Source of the DNA: Armatimonadota bacterium | GTDB lineage: Bacteria > Armatimonadota > SYMT01 | Direction: 5' to 3' | Assembly: GCA_041690135.1 (NCBI GenBank) | Contig: JAWLHY010000003.1 | Coordinates: 544,001-608,000 of the forward strand | Length of the DNA: 64,000 nt | Part shown: in pieces, positions 41,202 through 50,832 of the stretch | Numbering within the stretch: the stretch's first letter is position 1 | How the letters are laid out: every line of letters begins with the position of its first letter | Translations under genes and position numbers: made by a program | Notes under the pieces: model-generated | The model's input: the letters and a program-made list of their open reading frames with translations, nothing else | What the model was told of the DNA's origin: nothing | The model's database searches: none

Positions 41202-42614
41202 ATGAACCGCGCTGCCTCCCTTCTCGGCCTCTTTGCGGTGCTCGCCTGCCTCGTGCTCCCCGCGTCCCGAACGGCGCGCGCCGCCGAACCGGTGAAGAAG
41301 CCGAACATCGTCCTCTTCCTCGCGGATGATCTCGGCTGGGGCGACCTGGGCTGCTACGGCCACCCGACGATCAAGACCCCCAACCTGGATGCTTTCGCCC
41401 GGCAGGGCGTGCGGCTCACGCAGTGCTACGCCGCCAGCGCGGTCTGCTCCCCGTCCCGCTCGGCGCTGCTGACCGGGCGCACGCCCCACCGGAACGGCGT
41501 CTACACCTGGATCGCGGAGGACAGCGAGGTTCACCTGCCGCGGACCGAAGTCACGCTGCCGAAGCTGCTCAAGGAGCAGGGCTACACCACCTGCCACTCC
41601 GGTAAGTGGCACCTGAACGGCAAGTTCAACGATCCGGCCCAGCCCCAGCCCCACGACCACGGCTACGACTGGTGGCTCGGCACCCAGAACAACGCCGCGC
41701 CCAACCACAAGAACCCCACCAACTTCGTGCGGAACGGCACCCCCGTGGGCCCAATGGAAGGCTACTCGGCCGTGCTGGTGGTGGAGGAGGCGGTCCGCTG
41801 GCTGAAACAGCACCGGGACCGCTCCAAGCCGTTCTTCCTGGCGGTGTGGACCCACGAGCCGCACCTGCCGATCGAGAGCGATCCGAAGTTCCAGGAACCC
41901 TACACCCAATTGCCGGATCCCGATCTCCGGCAGCACCACGGCAACGTGACCCAGATGGACCACGCCTTCGGCAACCTGATGAAGGCGCTGGACGAAGAGA
42001 AGCTGACCGGTTCCACCCTCGTAGCGTTCACCTCGGACAACGGTCCGGAAGGTACCGGCGAGAAGGGCCGCACCCGAGGCTCTACGGGCGGCCTGCGAGG
42101 TCGCAAGCGCGCTATGTATGAGGGTGGCATCCGGGTGCCGGGCATCGTCCGCTGGCCAGGCCGCATCCCGGCCGGCACCACGAGCGACCTTCCGGTGATC
42201 GGCAGCGACTTCTTCCCCACGCTGCTCTCCGCCGCCGGCGCCCGCATCCCGGCGGACCGGACCCTGGACGGCACGAATGTCCTGGGTGCGCTCAACGGCA
42301 AGGCAGACACGCTTGAGCGGAAGATCCCGCTCTACTGGCGCCTGCGGATGGCCCCGAACAACCTCCACCTGGCCATGCGGAAGGGGGACTGGAAGATCAT
42401 CGCCGCCGAAGACGGCTCAAAGTGGGAGCTCTACCACCTGAAGTCCGACCCCCAGGAAACCACCGACCTCCGGGAGCGCGATCCCTCCCGTTTCGAAACC
42501 ATGCGGAAAGAGCTGCTCGCCCTGAACGCCCAGGTTGAGGCCGAAGGCCCGGACTGGTGGAAACGCCTCAGTCCTAACGGCGGCCGCCCCCTGAAGCAAG
42601 GCGCGGCCAAATAG
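41202..42614 (+). CDS. Secreted arylsulfatase
   Basis: Signal peptide; ADDLG, CSPSRSALLTGR, GKWHL, SDNG. Confidence 0.93.
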   Translation: MNRAASLLGLFAVLACLVLPASRTARAAEPVKKPNIVLFLADDLGWGDLGCYGHPTIKTPNLDAFARQGVRLTQCYAASAVCSPSRSALLTGRTPHRNGVYTWIAEDSEVHLPRTEVTLPKLLKEQGYTTCHSGKWHLNGKFNDPAQPQPHDHGYDWWLGTQNNAAPNHKNPTNFVRNGTPVGPMEGYSAVLVVEEAVRWLKQHRDRSKPFFLAVWTHEPHLPIESDPKFQEPYTQLPDPDLRQHHGNVTQMDHAFGNLMKALDEEKLTGSTLVAFTSDNGPEGTGEKGRTRGSTGGLRGRKRAMYEGGIRVPGIVRWPGRIPAGTTSDLPVIGSDFFPTLLSAAGARIPADRTLDGTNVLGALNGKADTLERKIPLYWRLRMAPNNLHLAMRKGDWKIIAAEDGSKWELYHLKSDPQETTDLRERDPSRFETMRKELLALNAQVEAEGPDWWKRLSPNGGRPLKQGAAK

Positions 42615-42684
42615 ATTAGTCTCTTATCAGTGCACTCCTGAGCAGAGCGCACACAATTGGCGTAGCTTCGGAAAGCTAGTGCGC

Positions 42685-42961
42685 GTCATTGCGAGCCCCG
42701 ACCGGTCCATTGCTGACTACGCGTACGATGCTCTGGATTGCGCCAATTCGCGTGCGAACTCCGTCCTCTGCGGGGCGTGGCAATCCCCCTGGTGAGCGAG
42801 TCTGGAGAGGGAATTCGGGAAGTCGCCCACTAGCCGTGGGTACCGCAGGAGGTTGTGCAATGCCGGCGTGCGTTGGCGAAAGGCGGCGATGCGGAGAGCA
42901 GGGGGATTGCCGCAAGCCTGCCCGGCGCAGCATAGGGTCGCTAAGGCTCCTTCGCAATGAC
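42685..42961. mobile_element. MITE-like palindromic element
   Basis: Perfect terminal IR GTCATTGCGA/TCGCAATGAC; internal IR GTGGCAATCCCCCTG (42777) / CAGGGGGATTGCCGC (42899). Confidence 0.6.
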
Positions 42962-43276
42962 ACCGTCTTCCTCTTGGTTCCTGCTACGGCGGGTTAGGTC
43001 AACTGGAACGGACGGGCTTCCCCGCCATCTCCTGATGAGGTAGAGGACGAACGACCCGAGGCCCGCGAACTTGTAGCTCGGGTCCACGTAATGCTCGATG
43101 ACGTAGAACGCGAAATAGTAGAACCGCGCGAAGCACCAGACCGTCAGCGCCAGCAAGAACGCGACCCGCAGGGTGGGGTACTCCAATAGCAGCGCCGCGG
43201 CGGCCATCATCCCCGCCAGGAGGAACAGGAACCCCTTCAGGATGATCAGTTTCGAACTGGTGATGTCGCCCATCAT
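42941..43276 (-). CDS. Small hypothetical membrane protein
   Basis: KGFLFL, RFYYFAFYVIEHYVDP; 3' end runs into the MITE-like element. Confidence 0.7.
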   Translation of the reverse strand: MMGDITSSKLIILKGFLFLLAGMMAAAALLLEYPTLRVAFLLALTVWCFARFYYFAFYVIEHYVDPSYKFAGLGSFVLYLIRRWRGSPSVPVDLTRRSRNQEEDGVIAKEP

Positions 43277-43428
43277 TTGGGAACTCCCAGGCTGGCTATG
43301 CAGCGGAACGCGCGGAGGGTTCGGAAGGGCGCACCTGTCGCCAGTGGATCGTATTGCGTACTGCGTGTCGCGTATTGCTGCCCTACGGGCGCCTGTAGGG
43401 GTGCACTCGGATCTTTCGGCTCACACCC

Positions 43429-45189
43429 ATGCTTTGCTCACGTTTTTCCCGGACCGCTCTTCTCATTTGTGGGTTTTTGCTCCCGCTGGGTTCCCTTTCG
43501 GCCACGCAGGCGCAGCCGGCGGCCGCTGAGACCCGGAAGCCGAACGTCATCCTGATCATGACGGACGACCAGGGCTATGGGGATCTCGGCGCCCACGGCA
43601 ACCGGATGATCCGCACACCGAACCTCGACCGTCTCCATGCGGAGAGCATCCGGCTCACGGACTTCCACGTCGACCCGACCTGTGCCCCGACCCGTGCGGC
43701 ATTGCTCACCGGCCGCTACTCCACCCGTACGGGTGTGTGGCACACGATCGCCGGTCGCTCCTTGATGGCGCACGACGAGGTAACGTTGGCGCAGGCATTC
43801 CGGAAGGGCGGCTACCGCACCGGCATCTTCGGCAAGTGGCACCTGGGGGAGAACTATCCCATGCGCCCGCAGGACCGCGGCTTCGACGAGGTGCTGGTTC
43901 ACGGGGGTGGGGGAGTGGCGCAGACACCCGACACCTGGGGCAACGACTACTTCGACGACACCTACCTGCGGAACGGCAAGCCGGAGAAGGCAAAGGGGTA
44001 TTGCACCGACGTCTGGTTCGATTCCGCGCTCCGGTTCATCGAGAAGTCGGGGAAGCGGCCGTTCCTGGCCTACATCCCCACCAACGCTCCCCACAGTCCC
44101 TATTTCGTGGACCCGAAGTACGCGGAGCCGTATCGCAAACAGGGGGTCCCGGACCCGATGGCCCAGTTCTACGGGATGATCACCCACCTGGACGAGAACG
44201 TGGGCCGGCTGCGGCAGCGGCTGCGGGACCTGGGCCTGGAGCGAGACACCATCATCTTCTTCATGACCGATAACGGCTCGGCGGCGGGCATGGTCCGCGG
44301 CAAGACCACCGGGCCCGGCTGGAAGGGCTACAACGCCGGTCTTCGGGCTCTCAAGGGCAGCGAGTACGATGGGGGCCACCGGGTGCCGTTCTTCGCCTAC
44401 TGGCCGGGGGGCGGTCTCACCGGGGGCCGGGATATCGACACGCTGGCGGCGCACGTGGACGTGGTCCCCACCCTGGCGGAGATCTGCGGGCTGAAGCTGC
44501 CGGACCGCTCCCTCGACGGCCGCAGCCTGCTACCTCTGCTGAGGGGGGAGAAGCGCGCCTGGCCGGAGCGGACCCTGTTCGTCCACTCGCAGCGCGTGCA
44601 GGACCCGGTGAAGTGGAAGCAGTCCGCCGTAATGACCCGCCGCTGGCGGCTGGTCAACGGGAAGGAGCTGTACGACATCCAGGCGGACCGGGGCCAGACG
44701 CGGGACCTGGCCGCGGAGCACCCGGAGGTCGTGACGCAACTGCGCGGCGAGTACGAGAAGTGGTGGACCGATCTCTCCCCCGCCTTCACCCGCGACGTGT
44801 CGATTGTCCTCGGCGGCAAGGAGAACCCGGTCGCGATCACCGCCCACGACTGGCGCGCCGCGGACGCCCAGGTGCCGTGGAACCACGGGATGATCGCGCG
44901 GCAGCCCCTTTCCAACGGCTGGTGGGCGGTCGACGTGCGGCGCCCCGGCACCTACACGGTCACCCTCCGCAGTTGGCCGCGGGAAGCGCCGGATGCCCCA
45001 GCCCTGGATGCCGGTACCGCGAAGCTGTCCGTCGGTGGCGTGGAGCAGAGCCGGCCGGTCCCGGATGGCGCCCGGTCCGTCACGTTCCAGGTGAAACTGC
45101 CGGCCGGCCCAACAAAGCTCCAGACCTGGCTTACCCGCCCCAACGGCGAAGCACGCGGTGCCTTCTATGTCGAGGTGAACCGGAAATAG
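43429..45189 (+). CDS. Secreted arylsulfatase with a C-terminal beta-sandwich extension
   Basis: TDDQGYGD, CAPTRAALLTGR, GKWHLG, TDNG. Confidence 0.93.
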   Translation: MLCSRFSRTALLICGFLLPLGSLSATQAQPAAAETRKPNVILIMTDDQGYGDLGAHGNRMIRTPNLDRLHAESIRLTDFHVDPTCAPTRAALLTGRYSTRTGVWHTIAGRSLMAHDEVTLAQAFRKGGYRTGIFGKWHLGENYPMRPQDRGFDEVLVHGGGGVAQTPDTWGNDYFDDTYLRNGKPEKAKGYCTDVWFDSALRFIEKSGKRPFLAYIPTNAPHSPYFVDPKYAEPYRKQGVPDPMAQFYGMITHLDENVGRLRQRLRDLGLERDTIIFFMTDNGSAAGMVRGKTTGPGWKGYNAGLRALKGSEYDGGHRVPFFAYWPGGGLTGGRDIDTLAAHVDVVPTLAEICGLKLPDRSLDGRSLLPLLRGEKRAWPERTLFVHSQRVQDPVKWKQSAVMTRRWRLVNGKELYDIQADRGQTRDLAAEHPEVVTQLRGEYEKWWTDLSPAFTRDVSIVLGGKENPVAITAHDWRAADAQVPWNHGMIARQPLSNGWWAVDVRRPGTYTVTLRSWPREAPDAPALDAGTAKLSVGGVEQSRPVPDGARSVTFQVKLPAGPTKLQTWLTRPNGEARGAFYVEVNRK

Positions 45190-45205
45190 TGCGCGCGCGT
45201 GCCTC

Positions 45206-45253
45206 GGGACGGACAGCCGTTCCCCTCGGCCGAGGGGACCGGCTGTCCGTCCC
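45206..45253. terminator. 48-bp near-perfect palindrome between convergent genes (putative bidirectional terminator)
   Basis: GGGACGGACAGCCGTTCCCCTCGG|CCGAGGGGACCGGCTGTCCGTCCC, one mismatched pair; no U-tract. Confidence 0.55.
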
Positions 45254-45258
45254 CGGGA

Positions 45259-46827
45259 TCAGTGGCTCGATGCGTGACGCATCCGGCTCGGGCGGAAACG
45301 AAGGAAGACGTGAACGCCCACCGGGAAATCGCCGTAGACCCTCCGCAATTCCGACGGCACCGCCTGCAGCGTGACGGACCCACCCAGCAGGGCATCGAAT
45401 CCGGAGAAGTGCCCCACCTCCCTCGAGTAACCCAGGGTGAAGGCGTTGACCGTGAAAAGCCGCTCGGCGTTCGGGCCGGCGCGGAAGAGGCCGTCCCGGT
45501 CGAGGCGCTCCACGCGGCCGAACAAGTAATTGCGCTGAGCCCAGTTATAGACCCCTTCCAGCCCAAAGGAGTCCTCGGTCCGGCCTCCATGCCCGTGTCC
45601 TTCCTCGTCGTTGCGGCCCCAAAGGAAGGAGGCGGCCCAGTAGCCTCGCTCCTGGTCCCGCACATAGGTGGCGGAGGCGCTGGTGCGGCGGACATCTCCC
45701 GGCTCATCCAGTTCCGGGGACTTCAACCAGCCACGCGAGACCTGCATGCTCCAGTTGGGTGAGGGGTTGTACCAGAGCCGGACCGAGGGGGAGTTGAGCC
45801 CCACCGAATCGAATGCCCAGCGGTTGGCGTCCGGCTCCCGGGCATTGAACCAGGACCCTTCCAGCTTCCACTTGCGGCCCTGGATGCCCCCGGTCACCAC
45901 CCCGTACGCGATATGGGTCGAGTCCTGCAGGTGGTGGGCCAGCGGGGTCTGCGGGTTATCCCAGGCACTGATCCGGTGGGGATAGGCGACCGGTCCCAGC
46001 GCGGGCTCGCCGACCGGAGCGAGGTAGAGCGACCAGGCCAGGTCGCGATTGATGGCGCGGGAGTACTGGGCGGCGATTTCCATGAAAAGGTCGTGAGGGT
46101 GCTGGCGGTCGATCAGGCCCTCTCCGGTCTGGAGAAGCTGTGGGACGCCGTTGTCCCCCACCGTCGCCGGTTCCAGGCTCATCATCAGCCGGAGCATCAG
46201 ATCGCCTTTCCCCAGTGACCGGTGCGCCATCCCCATGGCCCAGTTCTGGCTGACGAACCGGTCGAAGCCGCGGGGACCACCCTGGGCGACGTAGTCCAGG
46301 AAAGCGTTGCCCATCAACATCAGGTTCCAGTCGCCCCGGTTCCAATGCCGCATGAACATGGGGGTCGCGTCCGGCTGCCAGGAAGTCCCCGATCCCATCC
46401 GCCGATTCATGGTCAGGCCGGGGATGTCCGTGTCGAAGAAGCCGTGCATTGCCTCCCGCATGGCCGGGTGCCCCGCATGGCCGGGCATCCCTTCCCGGTG
46501 CTCCGGGCCGAGCGGCGAGGCCGGAGCCCCGCGGTGTGGGTCCGGGTGCTCCCCGGGTGGGGTCGCGGGTAACGTAGGCTCCTTCGGGTGCTCACCATGA
46601 GGCGCGGGCTTGGTCGCCGGTGCAGCCTGCGCCACCGCGAGGAGAAGGGAGGATCCTTCACTGGTGACGGGGGGTGAAACTGCAGGCAGGCCCAACTCAG
46701 CGGCAGGCTTCACGGCTTCCCCGGAAGGGCCCGGCGACGCATTCTCGGAGCAGGCGGGCGCACCCCCCAGGATCGCCGACAGCAGGCAGGACAGGACAAG
46801 CAGCGCGTGGGCGGAACGGCTCTTCAT
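45259..46827 (-). CDS. Putative outer-membrane beta-barrel protein with a His/Met-rich N-terminal metal-binding region
   Basis: ATG 46827; signal peptide; HGEH..GEHPDPH..GMPGHAGH..MREAMH; GSGTSWQP, DRQHPHDLFME, HHLQDSTHI; amphipathic strands. Confidence 0.7.
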   Translation of the reverse strand: MKSRSAHALLVLSCLLSAILGGAPACSENASPGPSGEAVKPAAELGLPAVSPPVTSEGSSLLLAVAQAAPATKPAPHGEHPKEPTLPATPPGEHPDPHRGAPASPLGPEHREGMPGHAGHPAMREAMHGFFDTDIPGLTMNRRMGSGTSWQPDATPMFMRHWNRGDWNLMLMGNAFLDYVAQGGPRGFDRFVSQNWAMGMAHRSLGKGDLMLRLMMSLEPATVGDNGVPQLLQTGEGLIDRQHPHDLFMEIAAQYSRAINRDLAWSLYLAPVGEPALGPVAYPHRISAWDNPQTPLAHHLQDSTHIAYGVVTGGIQGRKWKLEGSWFNAREPDANRWAFDSVGLNSPSVRLWYNPSPNWSMQVSRGWLKSPELDEPGDVRRTSASATYVRDQERGYWAASFLWGRNDEEGHGHGGRTEDSFGLEGVYNWAQRNYLFGRVERLDRDGLFRAGPNAERLFTVNAFTLGYSREVGHFSGFDALLGGSVTLQAVPSELRRVYGDFPVGVHVFLRFRPSRMRHASSH

Positions 46828-46910
46828 TTCGGAGTTCTCCGGCTGCGCTCCGCAGCCGGACCACTCTACCCTCGCCTGCTCCGCCGAAAAACACCGGCGG
46901 CCCTGGGCGA

Positions 46911-47786
46911 TTATGCGGCCCGCACCTCGATCTGGCCCTCTCGCACTCGGGTCTCCAATGTCGGTTGCTTGAAGGCGGAAGGCCCTTCTTCCACGTGACC
47001 ATCCGCCAGGCAGAAGCGCGAGCCGTGCCACGGGCAGACGACGCTGCCGTCCGGTTTCAACTCCCCCTCGGAAAGCGGACCGCCGAGGTGGGCGCACTTC
47101 TCCACGAGCGCGTGGATCCGGCCCTCCTGTCGCACGAGCAGCACGGGGGTTCCGTTGGCTTCCACCTTCCGCAGCTCGCCCTCCGGCAGCTCGGCTTCGG
47201 CCAGCACGGGGGTGAAGTCGTCCGGTCCGGAATACTCCGCCGCATGGTTCGTGCCGATATTATGCTCGTACACCAGGTGCCCGCCCAGGTAGGCCCCGGC
47301 CATCAGGGCAGTAAAGCCGAGGAGGCCCGTGCCGCGGCCCGCGTTCCGGTGCCCCCGCTTTCGAAGCGCCAGCGAAGCGGCAAACAGGAGCGTCGCGCCC
47401 CCGTTGAACGCCGCGTGGAGAATGCCCACCTTCCGGGCCTCCCCACTGGTGTGATGCCAGTCCGCCAGGCCGGTAATCGCCGTACCCACCGCCGCCACCA
47501 GGCCCAGGGTCACGGCCGCGTCGGCCCCCGCGGACAACTCCTCTTTACCCCGCGCCGCATCGACCATGTCCAGGGTGACCGCCGTGGTCCAGGCCCCCAC
47601 GGGTACGTCCGTCAACACCGGATGCAGTGGATGTCCGAGCCAGGTACCGTGCAGAAAGTTGCGCGTCTTCACGGCCGCGGGCTCGGACCGATCCAGCACG
47701 GCCGCAACCGGCTTATCCAGTACCTCGCCGACCTGTTCGGTCCACTCCTGGTCTTCCAGCGTCTGCAGCGGTGTGGGCAGCGGCAT
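46911..47786 (-). CDS. DUF2231 membrane domain + Rieske [2Fe-2S] protein
   Basis: GHPLHPVLTDVPVG, GLADW, GGHLVY; CAHLGG and CPWHGSRF. Confidence 0.9.
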   Translation of the reverse strand: MPLPTPLQTLEDQEWTEQVGEVLDKPVAAVLDRSEPAAVKTRNFLHGTWLGHPLHPVLTDVPVGAWTTAVTLDMVDAARGKEELSAGADAAVTLGLVAAVGTAITGLADWHHTSGEARKVGILHAAFNGGATLLFAASLALRKRGHRNAGRGTGLLGFTALMAGAYLGGHLVYEHNIGTNHAAEYSGPDDFTPVLAEAELPEGELRKVEANGTPVLLVRQEGRIHALVEKCAHLGGPLSEGELKPDGSVVCPWHGSRFCLADGHVEEGPSAFKQPTLETRVREGQIEVRAA

Positions 47787-47937
47787 CTTCCATTCCTCCG
47801 GTATTTGCGGTCGGGAGCGGGTCATTCCCAGGCGCGATTGGGGGTCCGGCAAACGCCGGCAGGGGTGCCCGTCTCCCGGTCTCTTACCTCGATGCTCGTC
47901 TGAGCAAACCCTCTCCGGACGGGTGTTCCTCAGAAGA

Positions 47938-48531
47938 CTAATTCGGAGGGGAAGTTTGGCGCTCCGGCTTTGCTCTCTCGCAGGCGGATAGGATGCGGTT
48001 CCCGGCTGCATCGTACTTCGGGTTGAAGGGCGGCAACTTCGGAGAGCTCAGCACCGAGAAGACTACCAGCACGCCCGCCAGAGCGGCGAGGCTGACCAGC
48101 CGTGGGAAGGGGTTCAGAGCGGTAAGCCCCTGCCGTGCGGCGCCCGGTAGGAGCAGCGTTGTAACCACCCCATACGCCACCAGGCTTTGCTCCGGCGCGG
48201 CTCCCAGTCCAAATACTCCCTTTGGGCAGGCGAGCACCCCCGACCAGACAAGAGAGCTGTGGACGGCGGCCACCCCCAATCCGGAGAATGCCAGGGGTAG
48301 CGCCAACAGACTCAGCGTTCCAGGAGCAACAGGCAGTGCGGTGGCCAGACCCACGCCAAGCAGGGCGACAATCGCCATGATGAAGGTACGCTGGTAAAAG
48401 CAGAGCGGGCAGGCGTTCAGGCCCAGCCCCATGCTGAGGTAGAGGCTGCCCAGAAGGGTGCCCGCGGCGGCGAGGAGGGCCAGGCGCTCCCAGGGTACCA
48501 GTCTGACGGGCGTATCTTTGGCTTCTTTCAT
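47938..48531 (-). CDS. DsbB-family disulfide bond formation protein
   Basis: GSLYLS..GLNACPLCFYQR, additional periplasmic Cys; ATGA overlap with the desaturase gene. Confidence 0.8.
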   Translation of the reverse strand: MKEAKDTPVRLVPWERLALLAAAGTLLGSLYLSMGLGLNACPLCFYQRTFIMAIVALLGVGLATALPVAPGTLSLLALPLAFSGLGVAAVHSSLVWSGVLACPKGVFGLGAAPEQSLVAYGVVTTLLLPGAARQGLTALNPFPRLVSLAALAGVLVVFSVLSSPKLPPFNPKYDAAGNRILSACERAKPERQTSPPN

Positions 48532-49406
48532 GACGGCACGGCCTTTCCTGCCGGGTAGGGTTCGAGCTCTTCCGCGGGACGCCCGGTAGAGGCCTCGCGA
48601 GCGGGGATATCCATCTTTTCCAAGTTCGCAACGGGTGTCTTCACGAGACCCCAGAGGCCCTGCCACTCCTCGCCGTCAAACTCCCGCAGGCCGTAGCGGA
48701 GGGTGCGCGCGTCGTCGCGGCGCCGGAAGGTGCGGCCGAGGCGATCCCACCAGGAGAAGATGCTGGAATAGTTGGAGTCGGTTTCCGGCTGCCAGTCCGA
48801 GTGATGGACGCGGTGCATGTTGGGCGAGACGATCACCGTGCGCAAGAAGCGGTCGTACCGCTCCGGCAGGGCGACGTTACTGTGATGGAATGCGATCACC
48901 GGCAGGAGAAATGTCTCGTAGAGCACCACCTGCCAGAGCGTTAGCCCCAGGAGCGGTACGATGGCGAGCCGCAGTGTCGAGGAGATGATGATCTCGCCGA
49001 AGTGGAAACGCAGGGCGGTCGTCACGTCCATCTCGGGATCGCTGTGATGCATCCGGTGGAAGCGCCAGAGGAACGGCACGCGGTGGTTGGCCCGGTGCCA
49101 CACGTACATCCAGGCATCGAACAGCAGCAGCGCCAGCGGCAGCTCCACCCAGGCGGGTGCGGTGAGTTGGTGCAGCAGGCCGAAGCGAGTCTCCTCCGAC
49201 CATGCGGCCGCGCCCGCGATCGCGGCAGCGAAGAGGAGACCGAGGACCGCCATGTTGAGACCGGCCATCACGAGGTTCCGGAAGGCGTGGCGGTACCGGT
49301 GGGGACGATCGACAAACACGGGAACCCAGGTCTCCAGGCACCAGAGGAGCACCAGTACTCCCACCGCGATGCCCGTCTGGACCTGCAACAAACTCGGTGT
49401 ATCCAC
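48528..49406 (-). CDS. Sterol desaturase / fatty acid hydroxylase family protein
   Basis: His boxes HRANH, HRMHH, FHH, HRVHH. Confidence 0.9.
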   Translation of the reverse strand: MDTPSLLQVQTGIAVGVLVLLWCLETWVPVFVDRPHRYRHAFRNLVMAGLNMAVLGLLFAAAIAGAAAWSEETRFGLLHQLTAPAWVELPLALLLFDAWMYVWHRANHRVPFLWRFHRMHHSDPEMDVTTALRFHFGEIIISSTLRLAIVPLLGLTLWQVVLYETFLLPVIAFHHSNVALPERYDRFLRTVIVSPNMHRVHHSDWQPETDSNYSSIFSWWDRLGRTFRRRDDARTLRYGLREFDGEEWQGLWGLVKTPVANLEKMDIPAREASTGRPAEELEPYPAGKAVPS

Positions 49407-49408
49407 GG

Positions 49409-49759
49409 CTATTCATCCTCTCCCCGCACGAGCGGTCCGCGCCAGGCCCGGATCCCTCCGGCCAGGTTGCGAACGTTCCTGAATCCTCGCTGGGCCAGCA
49501 CCCGGCTGGCCTGGGCACTTTTCAGCCCCACATTTCAATAGACCACGACCGGCTCGTCAGGATTCAGGTCCGCGGACACCGCTTCGAGGGTGCCGGACGG
49601 CACGTGTCGCGCGCCCGGCAGATGCCCGGAGGTGAACTGCTCCGTGGCGCGAATGTCCAGCAGAAGCAGCGGCCGAACGGACGCCATTTCCGCCTCCAGC
49701 GCGGCGGCCGAAACTTCCGGAACCGATGGAGAAACGAGAGCGAGTAGACGAGACAGCAT
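49409..49759 (-). CDS. Rhodanese-domain protein with predicted selenocysteine at the active site (116 aa, U75)
   Basis: AAGGAGG SD; LDIR..QFTSGHLPGA; in-frame TGA 49535-49537 at the catalytic Cys position; readthrough gives UNVGLKSAQASRVLAQRGFRNVRNLAGGIRAW...EDE, ending at TAG 49409, 2 nt before the next start. Confidence 0.88.
49493..49530 (-). promoter_or_regulatory. Candidate SECIS hairpin(s) for the rhodanese UGA
   Basis: UGGG-GCU-GAAA-AGU-G-CCCA (loop at +12) and GGCCAGC-CGGGU-GCUGGCC (loop at +31). Confidence 0.55.
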
Positions 49760-49803
49760 GGGACCTCCTTTGCCCTCAGCTTCTCACCCGGGGATATAAA
49801 CAA

Positions 49804-49842
49804 CTAGACAGGTTTCATGGGCCAGCCATAGAGAAAGGCTAT
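49804..49842. promoter_or_regulatory. LysR-type binding sites in the divergent promoter
   Basis: ATAG-N7-CTAT (T-N11-A) at 49828-49842 and a degenerate CTAG-N7-TCAT at 49804-49818. Confidence 0.6.
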
Positions 49843-49846
49843 AGCG

Positions 49847-50776
49847 GTGGAGATCACCTTCCGGCAGCTCCGCTATTTCCGCGCCGTGGCGGAACACGGG
49901 AACTTCACACGGGCGGCCGAGGCGCTGCTGGTGGCGCAGCCCACCGTCAGCCTTGCTATCAAGGACCTGGAGCGGGAGACGAAGGCGGTCCTGTTCGAGC
50001 CCGCGGGCCGCCAGGTGCGGTTGACGGCCGCGGGGCGCCTCCTGCTGCGCCACTGCGAGCGCATCCTGGGGGAAATGGACGCCATCGAGATCTCCCTGAG
50101 TGAGTTGTGGGGTGGGCAGGCAGGGAAGCTGGTCGTGGGGGCGAGCAGCACGCCCGGCACCTATCTGCTGCCCGAAATCCTCGGCAAGTTCCGAGCCGGG
50201 TCCCCACGGGTGGAAGTGGCGCTGGAGGTGACGGATACCGGCGAAGTGCTCCGCCGCGTGCAGGACGGCCGTCTCGACCTCGGGGTTGTCGGGGAAGCCC
50301 CCTTCGATCCGGCGCTCCACATCATGACCTTCCGCCGGGAAAGGCTGGTGCTGATCCTCTCCCCCGAACACCGTCTGGCCCGCCAGCGCTGGGTGACACT
50401 GCCGGACCTCTCCGGAGAGGCTTTTATCTGCCGGGAGGCGGGCTCCAGCACGCGAGAGATCGTCCGGCGCGCCCTGGAAGCACGAGGCATGGAGCTCCCG
50501 GTCACGATGGAGCTGGGAAATACCGAGGCGGTGAAGCGAGCGGTCTCCGCCGGCTTAGGTATCGCCTTCGTTTCGGAGCACGCGGTCGGGCTGGAAGTCC
50601 GGGCCGGCGTGCTCGTCACGCGAGAGATGCCGGACCTGGAGCTGACCCGCGGCCTTTACGTCGTCCGGAGAAGCAGCCTTCCCCTCACCCGGCTGCACGA
50701 GCGCTTCCTGGAGGTGCTCCTCGGCCATGGCGGGGTCTCGCCGCCGGTGCCGCCGGATGGCGCCGCCCCCTTCTGA
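49847..50776 (+). CDS. LysR-family regulator, CysL-like
   Basis: GNFTRAAEAL..AQPTVS HTH; GASSTPGTYLLP, REAGSSTR, ELGNTEAVKRAV.AGLG. Confidence 0.93.
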   Translation: MEITFRQLRYFRAVAEHGNFTRAAEALLVAQPTVSLAIKDLERETKAVLFEPAGRQVRLTAAGRLLLRHCERILGEMDAIEISLSELWGGQAGKLVVGASSTPGTYLLPEILGKFRAGSPRVEVALEVTDTGEVLRRVQDGRLDLGVVGEAPFDPALHIMTFRRERLVLILSPEHRLARQRWVTLPDLSGEAFICREAGSSTREIVRRALEARGMELPVTMELGNTEAVKRAVSAGLGIAFVSEHAVGLEVRAGVLVTREMPDLELTRGLYVVRRSSLPLTRLHERFLEVLLGHGGVSPPVPPDGAAPF

Positions 50777-50832
50777 AGACGATTCCTTGGGCGAATGGGC
50801 GCCGCCCCGGCACTGACGGTATCATGGGTGCA

